Assembly: GCA_003221005.1 (NCBI GenBank)
Contig: QHTZ01000016.1
Location: forward strand, 1-23,589
Reading direction: 5' to 3'
DNA from: Gemmatimonadota bacterium
GTDB lineage: Bacteria; Gemmatimonadota; Gemmatimonadetes; Gemmatimonadales; GWC2-71-9
DNA: 23,589 bases
The notes under the pieces were generated by a model. That model had not been told where the DNA came from. It saw only the letters and a program-made list of their open reading frames with translations, and did no database searches. A program made the position numbers and the translations under genes. Shown here piece after piece: positions 1 through 9,441 of this stretch. Position 1 is the stretch's first letter, and every line of letters begins with the position of its first letter.

Positions 1-1434
1 CTCGATAGCGCCTCGCCGTATCTCAAAGCGCACCTGCGCAGTGGTTATGTGTACGTGCTTTCCGACTGGCGCGTCGCCGCGCAGGCGAACGCGATCGAAG
101 GTCGAGGTGCCCTGCTCGACGCGCGTCGGGTCCTCGTCGACAGCGGCTGGTTCCGGTTGCCTGTCGACTCCGTCGCGCTGTTCGAGACCAACGTGCTGCG
201 CCGCTCCGGAGCCACGACCGCGCTCACAGTGATGGCGGGAGTGACGGCGGCGGTCGCCGGGATCTGCGCCGCGAGTCCCAAGACGTGCTTCGGATCCTGT
301 CCGACGTTCTACGCTCCTGATTCTGCCGGCGTGGATCGGCTGCAGGCCGAGGGGTTCTCCGCGAGCATCGCGCCGGCCCTGGAAGCGACCGATGTGGACA
401 TGCTGTACCACGTGCGCCCCCGGGGGCGCGACCTGACCCTCCGGGTCACGAACGAAGCTCTGGAAACGCACGTGATTCGCTTTGCCAACCTGCTGGTGAC
501 CCCGCGCCCCGAGGGGGGTCGGGTGTTCGCGACTCCCGAGGGGACGTTCTGGGCCGCCACCGCGCTCACGCCTCCATCGCGCTGTGTGGCCGCCGAGGGC
601 GACTGTCTCCGGGGTGTGCTCGCCGCTGACGGTGCCGAACGCTCGAGCTTAGCTGACTCGACCGACCTGGCCGCGCGGGAGACGATCGACCTCGAGTTCG
701 ATCGGCTGCCGCCGGGACGCTCCGGGCTGGTGATCACCGCGCGCCAGTCGCTCATGACGACGTTCCTCGTCTATCAGGCGCTCGCCTACCTCGGCAGCGA
801 CGCCGCCCGGTGGCTCGCTTCGCTCGAGACCGGCGGGCCGGCGGCGCGGGACCAGGCCCGCGGACTCGGCCGCACGCTCGGCCGCATCGAGGTCTTGGTG
901 CCGGACTCCATTGGAGGATGGACGCCCGCAGGGAGCCTGGGGGAGACGGGACCGCTCGCCGCCGACACCAAAGTCGTGCCGCTTCCGCCCGCGAACGGCG
1001 CGGCGCGACGCGTTCGCCTCCGCCTGACGCGCGGCCTGTGGCGGCTGGACTATGCGGCGCTCGCGACCTTGGGAGACTCCGTCCGACCGCTCAGGATCGC
1101 ACCTGCGCGGGTGCTGCGCATCGGCCGGGACGGAGCTCCTGCCGAAGAGACGCTGTTCGATTCCACCCGGGCGCTGGTCACGCTGCCAGGGGACGCCTAC
1201 GAGCTCGTCTACCAGCTGCCGCCGCGCCCGGAAGGTTTGGAGCTCTTCCTCGAGGCGCGGGGCTACTACCTGGAATGGATGCGCCGGGAATGGCGCGCCG
1301 AGCAGAACCCGATCCTCGCTCTTCGGCTGGCGATCGATCCGGCGGGTGCATTACGGGCGCTCGCGCCCGCGTACAAGCGCGTCGAGCCTGAGATGGAGCG
1401 CCTGTTCTGGAGTAGCCGCTATGTGGTCCATTAA
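1..1434 (+). CDS. Hypothetical membrane-anchored/exported protein with CFGSCPTFY motif (5'-partial)
   Basis: Frame is open from base 1 (LDSASPYLKAHLRSGY...) into ORF 49..1434, so the true start lies upstream of the window. A hydrophobic segment (ALTVMAGVTAAVAGICAA) precedes a Cys cluster (CAASPKTCFGSCPTFY). Codon usage is GC-rich. Confidence 0.75.
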   Translation, partial: LDSASPYLKAHLRSGYVYVLSDWRVAAQANAIEGRGALLDARRVLVDSGWFRLPVDSVALFETNVLRRSGATTALTVMAGVTAAVAGICAASPKTCFGSCPTFYAPDSAGVDRLQAEGFSASIAPALEATDVDMLYHVRPRGRDLTLRVTNEALETHVIRFANLLVTPRPEGGRVFATPEGTFWAATALTPPSRCVAAEGDCLRGVLAADGAERSSLADSTDLAARETIDLEFDRLPPGRSGLVITARQSLMTTFLVYQALAYLGSDAARWLASLETGGPAARDQARGLGRTLGRIEVLVPDSIGGWTPAGSLGETGPLAADTKVVPLPPANGAARRVRLRLTRGLWRLDYAALATLGDSVRPLRIAPARVLRIGRDGAPAEETLFDSTRALVTLPGDAYELVYQLPPRPEGLELFLEARGYYLEWMRREWRAEQNPILALRLAIDPAGALRALAPAYKRVEPEMERLFWSSRYVVH

Positions 1435-1957
1435 GCGCGCGGCGCGCGGCGCTGGCGTCACGGCGGCTCTCCTCGTGGCGGGGTGCGCCTCCAACAGCGC
1501 GCCGTCGGGGTTTCTCCCGTCACCGGAGGAGGCGCAAGCCTCGGCGTACGGCGCATGGATCGAGCTCCAGTTGCAGGACCCCTCCCGGGAGCGCGCCACC
1601 GAAGGCGAGCTGCTCGCGGTGACGGCTGACACCGTCTGGGTGCTGTCTCGCTCGGGGGCCGTTGTCCTCTCCACGAGCGCGGTGGCCCAGGGCAAGCTCA
1701 CGGTCTGGCAATCCGGGGCGGGCGCGATCGCGGCTTGGACGGGCGTGGGCGTCCTGTCGACGATATCGAACGGGTGGTTCCTGGGGTTCACCGCTCCACT
1801 CTGGATCATCACTGGGACGGTAGCGGGCTCGCGCGAGTCGCACGCGCCACAGCGCAAGGTGCCACCTTTTGGGTGGGCCGAGCTCGCGGAGTTCGCCCGA
1901 TTCCCGCAAGGTATCCCGCCGAAACTCGCGCTCAATACGCTCCAGCTTGAGTTCTAA
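1421..1957 (+). CDS. Hypothetical lipoprotein
   Basis: ATG at 1421 overlaps the upstream stop. MWSIKRAARGAGVTAALLVAG-C gives a basic n-region, h-region and lipobox. There is a C-terminal Gly-rich hydrophobic hairpin. Confidence 0.7.
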   Translation: MWSIKRAARGAGVTAALLVAGCASNSAPSGFLPSPEEAQASAYGAWIELQLQDPSRERATEGELLAVTADTVWVLSRSGAVVLSTSAVAQGKLTVWQSGAGAIAAWTGVGVLSTISNGWFLGFTAPLWIITGTVAGSRESHAPQRKVPPFGWAELAEFARFPQGIPPKLALNTLQLEF

Positions 1958-1960
1958 ACG

Positions 1961-1994
1961 GGGAGTTCGGGTGACGGTCCCTCACCCCGCTCCC
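1961..1994 (+). terminator. Possible intrinsic terminator hairpin
   Basis: GGGAG/CTCCC (1961-65/1990-94) and GGGTGA/TCACCC (1969-74/1982-87) stems, 3 nt after the stop, followed by T-rich TCTTATATT. Confidence 0.4.
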
Positions 1995-1997
1995 TCT

Positions 1998-2003
1998 TAT
2001 ATT
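1998..2003 (+). promoter_or_regulatory. Putative -10 element for a leaderless yajQ transcript
   Basis: TATATT lies 7 nt before the yajQ ATG (2011), with no Shine-Dalgarno in between. Confidence 0.5.
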
Positions 2004-2010
2004 CCCGCCC

Positions 2011-2514
2011 ATGGCCAGTGTCGCCTCATTCGATGTTTCGACGGGCGCCGATCTCCAGGAAGTGGACAACGCCGTCAACCAGGCGGGCAAGGAGATCGCG
2101 CAACGCTACGACTTCAAGGGATCGAAGTGCTCGATCGCATTCGACCGCGCCAAGGCGATCCTCACGCTGGTCGCGGACGACGACTTCAAAATGCGGGCGC
2201 TGTTCGACGTGCTGCAGTCGAAGCTCATCAAGCGGGGCGTGCCGGTGAAGAACCTCGAGCTCGGGGCCGTCACGCCCGCCGCGGGCGACACGGTGCGGCG
2301 CGAGATCAAGCTGACGCAGGGCATCCCGCAGGAGAAGGCGAAGGCGATCGTCAAGGCGATCAAGGATAGGAAGTTCAAGAAGGCTCAGGCCTCGATCCAG
2401 GGAGCGGAGATTCGGGTGCAGGCGCCCTCCAAGGACGAGCTGCAGGAGGTAATCGCCTTCCTGCGCTCCCAGGACTACGGGCTCGAGCTCAAGTTCGGGA
2501 ACTACCGCGGATGA
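2011..2514 (+). CDS. yajQ: YajQ family cyclic di-GMP/nucleotide-binding protein
   Basis: SFDVS...QEVDNAVNQA.KEI..RYDFKGS, QASIQG.EIRV...KDELQEVI and FGNYR motifs; 167 aa. Confidence 0.95.
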   Translation: MASVASFDVSTGADLQEVDNAVNQAGKEIAQRYDFKGSKCSIAFDRAKAILTLVADDDFKMRALFDVLQSKLIKRGVPVKNLELGAVTPAAGDTVRREIKLTQGIPQEKAKAIVKAIKDRKFKKAQASIQGAEIRVQAPSKDELQEVIAFLRSQDYGLELKFGNYRG

Positions 2515-3827
2515 AACTGGGCGTCATCTCCCTCGGCTGTGACAAGGCGACCGTCGACTCGGAGCGGCTGGTCGGTGAGCTGGTGGGTCACGGCGCGATC
2601 GTGACGCCGGACCTGCCGCACGCCGACGTCATCCTCGTCAACACCTGCGGGTTCATCGACGCGGCGAAACAGGAGTCGATCGACGCGATGCTCGATGCGG
2701 CGCGACTCAAGCGAGCGGGCGGCGTCAAGGCCGTCGTCGCGGTGGGGTGCCTGGTCCAGCGCTATCGCGCAGAGCTCGCGGCCGAGATCCCCGAGGTCGA
2801 CCTGTTCCTTGGCTTCTCGGACCTCCACCACCTGGTGCCCGCGCTCGCCGCGCGCGGCCTGATCGCGGACCCGGTCGCCTCGCATCCGGGCGTGCGGCAA
2901 TTGCTCGGGGACGCGCCCCATGTGCGGTACCTCAAGATCTCCGAGGGCTGCGACCACACCTGCGCATTCTGCGCGATTCCGCTCATGCGCGGGAAGCACC
3001 GCTCCGAGCCGCTCGAGCGGCTGGTGCGCGAAGCGCAGGAGCTCGAGCGCCAGGGCGCGCGCGAGATCAACCTCGTCGCCCAGGATCTGGGCCACTACGG
3101 CCGCGACCTGGGGCCCGCGGGCGCCAAGCTTCCCGACCTGCTGGAAGCCCTGCTCCGCGAGACCGCGGTTCCCTGGTACCGGCTGCTCTACGTGTACTCG
3201 GCCGGTCTCACGGAGCGGCTCGCGGACCTGATCGCGCGGGAACCGCGCATCGTGCCCTACATCGACATGCCGATCCAGCACGCGAGCGACCGCATGCTCG
3301 AGCGGATGCGCCGTCCCGAGCGACAGGAGACGCTGCGGCGCAAGCTCGCCTGGCTCCGCGGCGCCATCCCCGACCTCGCGATCCGGACGACGTGCCTCGT
3401 CGGGTTTCCGGGGGAGAGCCCCGACGACTTTCGCGAGCTGCTTGCGTTCCTCGAGGAGGCGCAGTTCGACCGGTTGGGGGCGTTCACGTACTCGCCCCAG
3501 GAGGGCACCCGCGCCACGCTCTACCCGGACGACGTCCCGGACGAGGTCAAGCGCGACCGGCTGGAGGAGCTGCTCGAGGTTCAGCGCGCGATCTCGGCCG
3601 GACGGCTCGCCCGCTTCGTGGGGCGCGAGGCCCGGGCCCTGGTGGACCGGGTCGCGGACCCGGACGAGGACGGCGCGACGCACGTCGGGCGCGTCCCGTG
3701 GCAGGCGGATGATGTCGATGGCGTCACCTATGTGGCGACAGGTGGGTGGGCCGAGCCCGGGAGCTTTCTCACGGTGCGCCTGACGGCGAGCGAGGACTAC
3801 GACTTCCGGGCGGTCGCGTTGACGTGA
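2511..3827 (+). CDS. rimO: Ribosomal protein S12 methylthiotransferase RimO
   Basis: LGCDK..VDSE, NTCGFI...[26 protein letters not shown] (radical SAM CxxxCxxC), C-terminal TRAM-like QADDVDG; ATGA overlap with yajQ. Confidence 0.95.
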   Translation: MKLGVISLGCDKATVDSERLVGELVGHGAIVTPDLPHADVILVNTCGFIDAAKQESIDAMLDAARLKRAGGVKAVVAVGCLVQRYRAELAAEIPEVDLFLGFSDLHHLVPALAARGLIADPVASHPGVRQLLGDAPHVRYLKISEGCDHTCAFCAIPLMRGKHRSEPLERLVREAQELERQGAREINLVAQDLGHYGRDLGPAGAKLPDLLEALLRETAVPWYRLLYVYSAGLTERLADLIAREPRIVPYIDMPIQHASDRMLERMRRPERQETLRRKLAWLRGAIPDLAIRTTCLVGFPGESPDDFRELLAFLEEAQFDRLGAFTYSPQEGTRATLYPDDVPDEVKRDRLEELLEVQRAISAGRLARFVGREARALVDRVADPDEDGATHVGRVPWQADDVDGVTYVATGGWAEPGSFLTVRLTASEDYDFRAVALT

Positions 3828-5016
3828 AGCGCTCGGCCGAGCTGTTCGACCGAGCGCGAGGCGTGCTCCCGGGCGGCGTGAACTCCCCGGTGCGGGCGTT
3901 CCGCGCCGTCGGAGGGACGCCGTTCTTTGTGGCTCGCGCGGAGGGTCCGCGACTCGCGCGGCCGCGGCGCGGGGGTGGTCCTACGGCGCGCCGTGCGAGG
4001 CGGAGGTGCAGCTGGCGGAGCTCGTCCGCCGGCGCATGCCGTCCGTCGAGATGGTGCGCTTCGTGAATAGCGGCACCGAAGCGACCATGGCTGCCGTGCG
4101 GCTCGCCCGCGCGGCGACGAAGCGCGACGTCATCCTCAAGTTTGTCGGCTGCTATCACGGTCACGGGGACAGCTTCCTCGTGAAGGCTGGCAGCGGCGTC
4201 GCCACCCTCGGCCTCCCCGACAGCCCCGGCGTTCCTGGCGCCCTCGCGAGTCTCACGGTCACCGTGCCGTTCAACGACGTCGCGGCGGTCGAGGACGTCT
4301 TCCGGCAGCGGCCGCAGCAGATCGCCGCGGTGATCGTCGAACCGTACGTCGGGAACGCCGGCTTCATTGCCCCGGATGCGGAGTTCCATCCGGCGCTGCG
4401 CGCGCTGTGTGACCGCACCGGTGCGCTGCTCATCTTCGATGAGGTGATGACGGGGTTCCGGGTGGCGCCCGGCGGCGCGCAGGAGCGACTGGGCGTGCGT
4501 CCCGACCTCACGACGCTGGGCAAGATCATCGGCGGCGGGATGCCCGTCGGTGCCTACGGGGGGCGCGCCGACCTGATGCGCCTCATCGCACCCGAGGGAC
4601 CGGTCTATCAGGCCGGCACCTTGTCCGGTAATCCCGTCGCGATGGCGGCGGGACTCGCGACCCTGGGTGAGACTTCCCGGCCGGGGTTCTACGAGACGCT
4701 TGAGGAACGAACCGCGCGGCTGGTAGCGGGTATAGGGGACGCCGCCCGGCGGCACGGCGTCCCTGTGACGGTGGGGCACGCCGGGTCCCTGTGGGGCGTG
4801 TACTTCACGGCCGGCCCGGTGCGTGACTTCGCGCAGGCGCAGCGCTCCGACACGGCGCTGTTCGCCCGGTGGCACGGGGCGGCTCTCGAGCGCGGGGTGT
4901 TCCTCGCGCCGTCAGCGTTCGAAGCGGGATTCGTCTCCAGCGCGCACACGGATGCGGACATCGCACACACAGTCACAGCGCTCGACGCAGCGCTCGCACA
5001 GGCGCTGGGTCGCTAG
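3824..5016 (+). pseudogene. hemL: Glutamate-1-semialdehyde 2,1-aminomutase, interrupted by an internal out-of-frame deletion near 3955 (real lesion or assembly error)
   Basis: GTG at 3824 reads [20 protein letters not shown]...GPRL. A second frame resumes at about 3958 with [12 protein letters not shown]...NSGTEAT...CYHGH...FDEVMTGFR...TLGKIIGGG (PLP Lys)...QAGTLSGNP. The conserved D.DG..YIDY..SWGP.ILGH segment is absent. Confidence 0.9.
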
Positions 5017-6232
5017 CGTCCTGGCCGCGGTCGCGGTGGGGTGCGCGCGACCGACCGTCCCCACCATCGGGGCGGAGCCCGAGCTGCGGATCGGGCTCGC
5101 GGCGGCGCGGCCAAGCGTCACGCTCGGGGGCAGCGAAGGCGGCGAGCTGATCCTCACCGACGATGCGACCGGGCAGCTGATCGGCTCCATCCCCGCCGGC
5201 GCCAGCTGGACGGTGGTGCCCGACCCTGCGGGCGTCCGCCTGCTGCGGCCCGACGGCACCACGAGCGAGCCACATCCCGGAATCTTCGCGGTGAACGTCA
5301 CCGAAGGGCGGTTCGCTATGGCGGACGGGCGCGGCTACCGCGGGCGGCTCGACCTCGTGCGTAATACGGCGGGGATCCTGCTCGTCAACCGCGTGCCCGT
5401 CGAGAGCTACGTCGCGAGCGTCATCGCGGCGGAGCTGGGGCCGCGCCGTCCCGACGAGCTCGCCGCGCTGCTCGCGCAAGCGATCGTGTCCCGCACGTTC
5501 GCGCTCCGCAATCGCGGCCGCTGGGAGGCCGAGGGCCTCGACGCCTACGCCGACATACGCGACCAGGTGTACAATGGCGTCGCGAGCGAGACGCCACAGG
5601 CGTGGGACGCCGTGCACGCGACCGCGGGGCAGGTGATCCTGTACCGCGGCGAGTTGATCGACGCCTACTTCCATTCCACGTGCGGGTACCGGACCGCCGG
5701 AGTCGAAGAAGCATTCAAGTCCGCCGCGGCGCGGCCCTACCTGCGCCCGGTCTCGGACGAGAGCGGGGGCGGCCGCTACTACTGCGACCTCTCGCCGCGG
5801 TTCCGCTGGCGCGAAGAGTGGGATGGTCCCAAGCTGCGCGCTATATTGTCGCGGACGCTTCCGGCGGTGATGAATGTGGGAGGGGACGGGCTGCAGCCCA
5901 TCGCCGATATCGAAGTGAGCCGGACGACGCCGTCCGGCCGGGTCGGCGAGTTGCGGATCGTCTTCCCGCGCGGCGACGTTCGGGTGCCGGGGCCCGACGT
6001 CCGCAACGTGCTGCGTCCCGAAGCCGACCGCGCGCTCGGGAGCCAGACGTTCCAGCTGCACGTGACGCGGGAGGGTGGGCGGGTGACCCGCGTGGTGGCG
6101 GCGGGCGCAGGGTGGGGACACGGGGTGGGCTTCTGCCAGTGGGGTGCCGTGGGGCGGGCGCGCGCAGGACAGGACTACCGCCGCATCATCACCGCGTACT
6201 TCCCGGGAACGACGGTTGAACGGCTTTACTAG
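4952..6232 (+). CDS. SpoIID/LytB domain-containing lipoprotein (peptidoglycan lytic transglycosylase-like)
   Basis: [59 protein letters not shown] and [11 protein letters not shown] motifs; lipobox AVG-C. The nearest start before the signal peptide is ATG 4952. Confidence 0.9.
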   Translation: MRTSHTQSQRSTQRSHRRWVASVLAAVAVGCARPTVPTIGAEPELRIGLAAARPSVTLGGSEGGELILTDDATGQLIGSIPAGASWTVVPDPAGVRLLRPDGTTSEPHPGIFAVNVTEGRFAMADGRGYRGRLDLVRNTAGILLVNRVPVESYVASVIAAELGPRRPDELAALLAQAIVSRTFALRNRGRWEAEGLDAYADIRDQVYNGVASETPQAWDAVHATAGQVILYRGELIDAYFHSTCGYRTAGVEEAFKSAAARPYLRPVSDESGGGRYYCDLSPRFRWREEWDGPKLRAILSRTLPAVMNVGGDGLQPIADIEVSRTTPSGRVGELRIVFPRGDVRVPGPDVRNVLRPEADRALGSQTFQLHVTREGGRVTRVVAAGAGWGHGVGFCQWGAVGRARAGQDYRRIITAYFPGTTVERLY

Positions 6233-6893
6233 GGCGGTCGGGCGGTCGGCCGGTCAGGCGGTCGCCTTGGGTCTGCTCCTGCTGACCGCCGGACCGCCTG
6301 ACCGCCTGACCGCCCAGAAGCTCCTCGAACAGTTCTCCTCCGAAAACCTGGCGGCGCGCGCCTTCGGCATCGACCTGGGCGTCCTCGCCGGCACCAACGT
6401 GCGCGGTACCCACACGGCGGCGGCGCGGCTCGACTTCGGCACCGTGACGCCGAAGATCCGCGTGCTGCTCGGCGCCTCGTATTTCAAGGCGGACCTGAAC
6501 GGCGCCGCGCTGCAGCGATTCGCGCAGCGCCTGCGCAGCGTGGTCGTCGATCCGTCGGGGGACGACACCATCAACCTCGGACGGATCACGTGGAGCGACT
6601 TCACGGGGGATCTCGACCTGCAATACGTCATGCCCCAGGGCCGGACCGTCACCGCGTACCTGGGATTGGGCCTGAGCGTGCACCTCCGCCACGGCACCGG
6701 GCCGGCCATCAACGGCACATTCGTCCAGGATGCGCTCGATGCAATCACGGCCGGTCTCAACGGGACGCTCGGGGCCGAGTTCGGCTCCGGGCGCTGGCGC
6801 TTCGCGCTCGAGGGTCGGGGCGTGGCGGCGAGCGGGCTGTCCACGGCGGGCTTGAGCGCGGGGGTGCGGTATCGCTGGGTGGGAGTGCGGTGA
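6216..6893 (+). CDS. Hypothetical outer-membrane beta-barrel protein
   Basis: Probable TTG start at 6216, signal peptide ending LTA-Q, alternating hydrophobic beta strands, C-terminal GLSAGVRYRW strand. Confidence 0.7.
   Translation: MNGFTRAVGRSAGQAVALGLLLLTAGPPDRLTAQKLLEQFSSENLAARAFGIDLGVLAGTNVRGTHTAAARLDFGTVTPKIRVLLGASYFKADLNGAALQRFAQRLRSVVVDPSGDDTINLGRITWSDFTGDLDLQYVMPQGRTVTAYLGLGLSVHLRHGTGPAINGTFVQDALDAITAGLNGTLGAEFGSGRWRFALEGRGVAASGLSTAGLSAGVRYRWVGVR
6232..6315. repeat. Palindrome of 4x8-nt tandem units (GGCGGTCR ... TGACCGCC) inside a signal-peptide coding region
   Basis: Left arm ggcggtcg-ggcggtcg-gccggtca-ggcggtcg (6233-6264); right arm tgaccgcc-ggaccgcc-tgaccgcc-tgaccgcc (6283-6314); 18-nt spacer. 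Confidence 0.9.
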
Positions 6894-7900
6894 GCGACCC
6901 GGTTCGCGTCGTGGTGGTGGGCGCCGGGGCCATCGCCCAAGTCGCGCATCTCCCGGCGCTGCGACGCCTGGCGGGCGTCGAGGTCGCGGCGATCTGCGAC
7001 AACGACTCCTCCAAAGCCCAGGCGCTCGCGGCCCGTTTCCAGGTGCCGGATGCATACGACGACATCGAGGACGTGCTGCGATACGCCCGCGCGGCCGCGG
7101 CCGTCATCTGCACCCCGAACCATCTTCACGAGAGTCACGTCGTCGCGGCGCTGGCCGCCGGATTGCACGTGCTGTGCGAGCGGCCCCTCGCCCTCACGGC
7201 GGCGGGGGTCGAGCGTGTCCTCAAGGCGAGCGAGCGCTATGGGAAGCGGGTGATCGTCGGGATGAACCACCGGTTCCGCTCCGACGTGCAGGCGGTGCGG
7301 AGCTTCCTGGCAGGAGGCGAGCTCGGCACCATCCAGGCGGTCCGCGGCGGCTGGCACACCTTCCAGCCGGCCCGGCAGCTGCCCACCTGGCGCCAGCGTC
7401 GCCAGGAGTCGGGTGGCGGGGCCGTGCTCGACCTCGGAGTGACGCTGCTCGACCTCGGGCTGTGGCTTTCGGGGTGGCCGGCGCCCAAGCGCATCTCGGC
7501 GCACGTGCTGCGGCACGGCGGCGCCGACAGCGTTGAAGAGATGGGCTCGGTGCTGGTGGTGTGCGACAACGGCGTCTCCTTCTCTGTCGACGTGAGCTGG
7601 CGTCACCTCGCCGAGGGGGAGCGGTTCTGGTTCGACATCGTGGGGACCAAAGGGTCCGCCGCCATCCAGCCGCTGCGCATCCTCAAGGACGTGCACGGCG
7701 TGCCGACCGACGTCACGCCGACCGGCGCCACCGGCCGGGAGACCCAGTTCGCCCAGTCGTATCGCGCCGAGTGGACCTACTTTCTGGCCGTCATCAAGGG
7801 CGACGTCAACGCGCCGCCCCCGCGCGATCAGTTGATTCTGCACCAGATCGTGGACGCCGCGTACCGTTCGGCGGACGAAGGGCGTGACGTGATCTTGTGA
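6890..7900 (+). CDS. Gfo/Idh/MocA family oxidoreductase-like protein
   Basis: GTGA overlap start at 6890; VVVVGAGAIA Rossmann motif, ICTPNHLH, HVLCERP, GMNHRF, SGGGAVLDLG. Confidence 0.9.
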   Translation: MSDPVRVVVVGAGAIAQVAHLPALRRLAGVEVAAICDNDSSKAQALAARFQVPDAYDDIEDVLRYARAAAAVICTPNHLHESHVVAALAAGLHVLCERPLALTAAGVERVLKASERYGKRVIVGMNHRFRSDVQAVRSFLAGGELGTIQAVRGGWHTFQPARQLPTWRQRRQESGGGAVLDLGVTLLDLGLWLSGWPAPKRISAHVLRHGGADSVEEMGSVLVVCDNGVSFSVDVSWRHLAEGERFWFDIVGTKGSAAIQPLRILKDVHGVPTDVTPTGATGRETQFAQSYRAEWTYFLAVIKGDVNAPPPRDQLILHQIVDAAYRSADEGRDVIL

Positions 7901-9441
7901 TCGGTCCTCCCCGCCGCGCGATCGGGCCGATCGCGATCGGAGCGGTCGCGCTCGCCGCGAGCTACCCACCGTTCAGTCTTCCCTTCATGAGTTTCGTGGC
8001 CGTCACACCGGCCGTGCTGCTGATTCGCCAGTCCGTGCGGGAGGAGGATGCGACGGGCGCGTTCCGCGTCGGGTTCTGGTATGGGTTCGCGGCGCAGGCG
8101 GCGGTGCTGTACTGGCTGATCGTCGCGCTCTGGCACTTCACCCCACTCGCGGCGCTCGGGTATCTGGCGACGATCACGCTCGAAGCGCTGTGGAGCGGCG
8201 TGTTGTTCTGGTTCGTGGTGCGAATGCGCCTGCGGGTGTCCGCCGTGCCGCTCGCCATCGTGTTCCCTGTGGCCTGGACCGCGGTGGAGTGGGCGCTGGG
8301 TCATCAGGGCGACATCCGGTTCCCTTGGCTCGGCCTGGGGACGTCCCTCGCCGATGCCAGGCTGCTGGTGCAATGGGCGGATATCGCGGGCGCCCGCGGC
8401 GTGACGTTCTGGCTCGCGTGGTGCAACGTGATGGTCGTGGAAGGACTCCTGCCGGTCGTGGGCGCCCGGCGGGCGGTGGCGCGACGCCTCGTCCCGGTGG
8501 CCGCGACCATCGTGGCGGCGGCAGGCTACGGTATGTGGCGCGAGCGGACCCTTCCGGTCCTGGAGCTCGGCACCATCGGGCTGGTGCAGCCCAACGAGGG
8601 CTTCTGGGAGAAGTGGAATCCGGCCCACGAGGACAGCGTCGTGACGAAGCTGATCCGGATGTCGCGCCAGCTCGACCAGGACGGGCGACTCGGTCTCCTG
8701 ATCTGGCCTGAGGCCGCGATCCCGGGCTACTTCATCGATCACCCGAAATGGGACGAGGCCATCGCGCGGCTGGCGCGGGAGCGCCGGGTGCCGATTCTGA
8801 CGGGGGGGCTGAACGTGGAGTTCCACGGGCCCCAGTCGTATGACTACTTCAACGCCGCATTCTTCTACGATTCCGCGGGCCAGCGAGCCCCGTACGCGGT
8901 GTACGACAAGCACTACCTCGTCCCGGTCGTCGAGCGCGTTCCGTTCATTCCGCCACGCTGGATCCACCTGCAGTGGTTCGGCGGCTTCGGAAAAGGTCGG
9001 CGCTTGCCGGTGTATGCCGCGGCGGGCGGGCGTTTGGGGATACTGATCTGCTACGAGTCGGCGTTCGAGGAGCTGCCGCGCGTCTACCGGCGCCTCGGCG
9101 CCGATTTCCTCGTCAACATCACCAACGACGCCTGGTTCGGCCGCACCAGCGCCCCTTCGCAGCACGCCTCCCACCTCGTACTCCGAGCGATCGAGACGCG
9201 TATGGGCGTGGCGCGCGCCGCCAATTCAGGGATCTCCGAGTTCGTGGACCCGCTCGGGCGAGCCTACGACGCGACCGCGCTCGGCACCGAGGCCACGGTG
9301 GTCGATCACCTCCGCACGAGCCGTGTGACGACGCTGTACGTGCGATTGGGGGATTGGGTGGGGACGCTGGTGGTGATCGCGGCCCTTGGGTTCGCGGGCG
9401 TGCTGGTGGCCGACGAGTGGCGGTCGAGGCGCCTGCTGTGA
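7897..9441 (+). CDS. lnt: Apolipoprotein N-acyltransferase
   Basis: Multi-TM N-terminus, FPWLGLG, VQPN, IWPE (Glu), YDKHYLVP (Lys), LICYES (Cys), NITNDAWFG, RAIETR, RAANSGIS. Confidence 0.95.
   Translation: MIGPPRRAIGPIAIGAVALAASYPPFSLPFMSFVAVTPAVLLIRQSVREEDATGAFRVGFWYGFAAQAAVLYWLIVALWHFTPLAALGYLATITLEALWSGVLFWFVVRMRLRVSAVPLAIVFPVAWTAVEWALGHQGDIRFPWLGLGTSLADARLLVQWADIAGARGVTFWLAWCNVMVVEGLLPVVGARRAVARRLVPVAATIVAAAGYGMWRERTLPVLELGTIGLVQPNEGFWEKWNPAHEDSVVTKLIRMSRQLDQDGRLGLLIWPEAAIPGYFIDHPKWDEAIARLARERRVPILTGGLNVEFHGPQSYDYFNAAFFYDSAGQRAPYAVYDKHYLVPVVERVPFIPPRWIHLQWFGGFGKGRRLPVYAAAGGRLGILICYESAFEELPRVYRRLGADFLVNITNDAWFGRTSAPSQHASHLVLRAIETRMGVARAANSGISEFVDPLGRAYDATALGTEATVVDHLRTSRVTTLYVRLGDWVGTLVVIAALGFAGVLVADEWRSRRLL

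Noticed and set aside
1970-1986. GGTGA-N7-TCACC as a CRP site upstream of yajQ
   Set aside because: The spacer is 7 nt rather than 6, and the palindrome is better explained as part of the hairpin.
3950-3965. Programmed ribosomal frameshift in hemL (and likewise crp)
   Set aside because: There is no slippery sequence, and conserved coding segments are physically missing.
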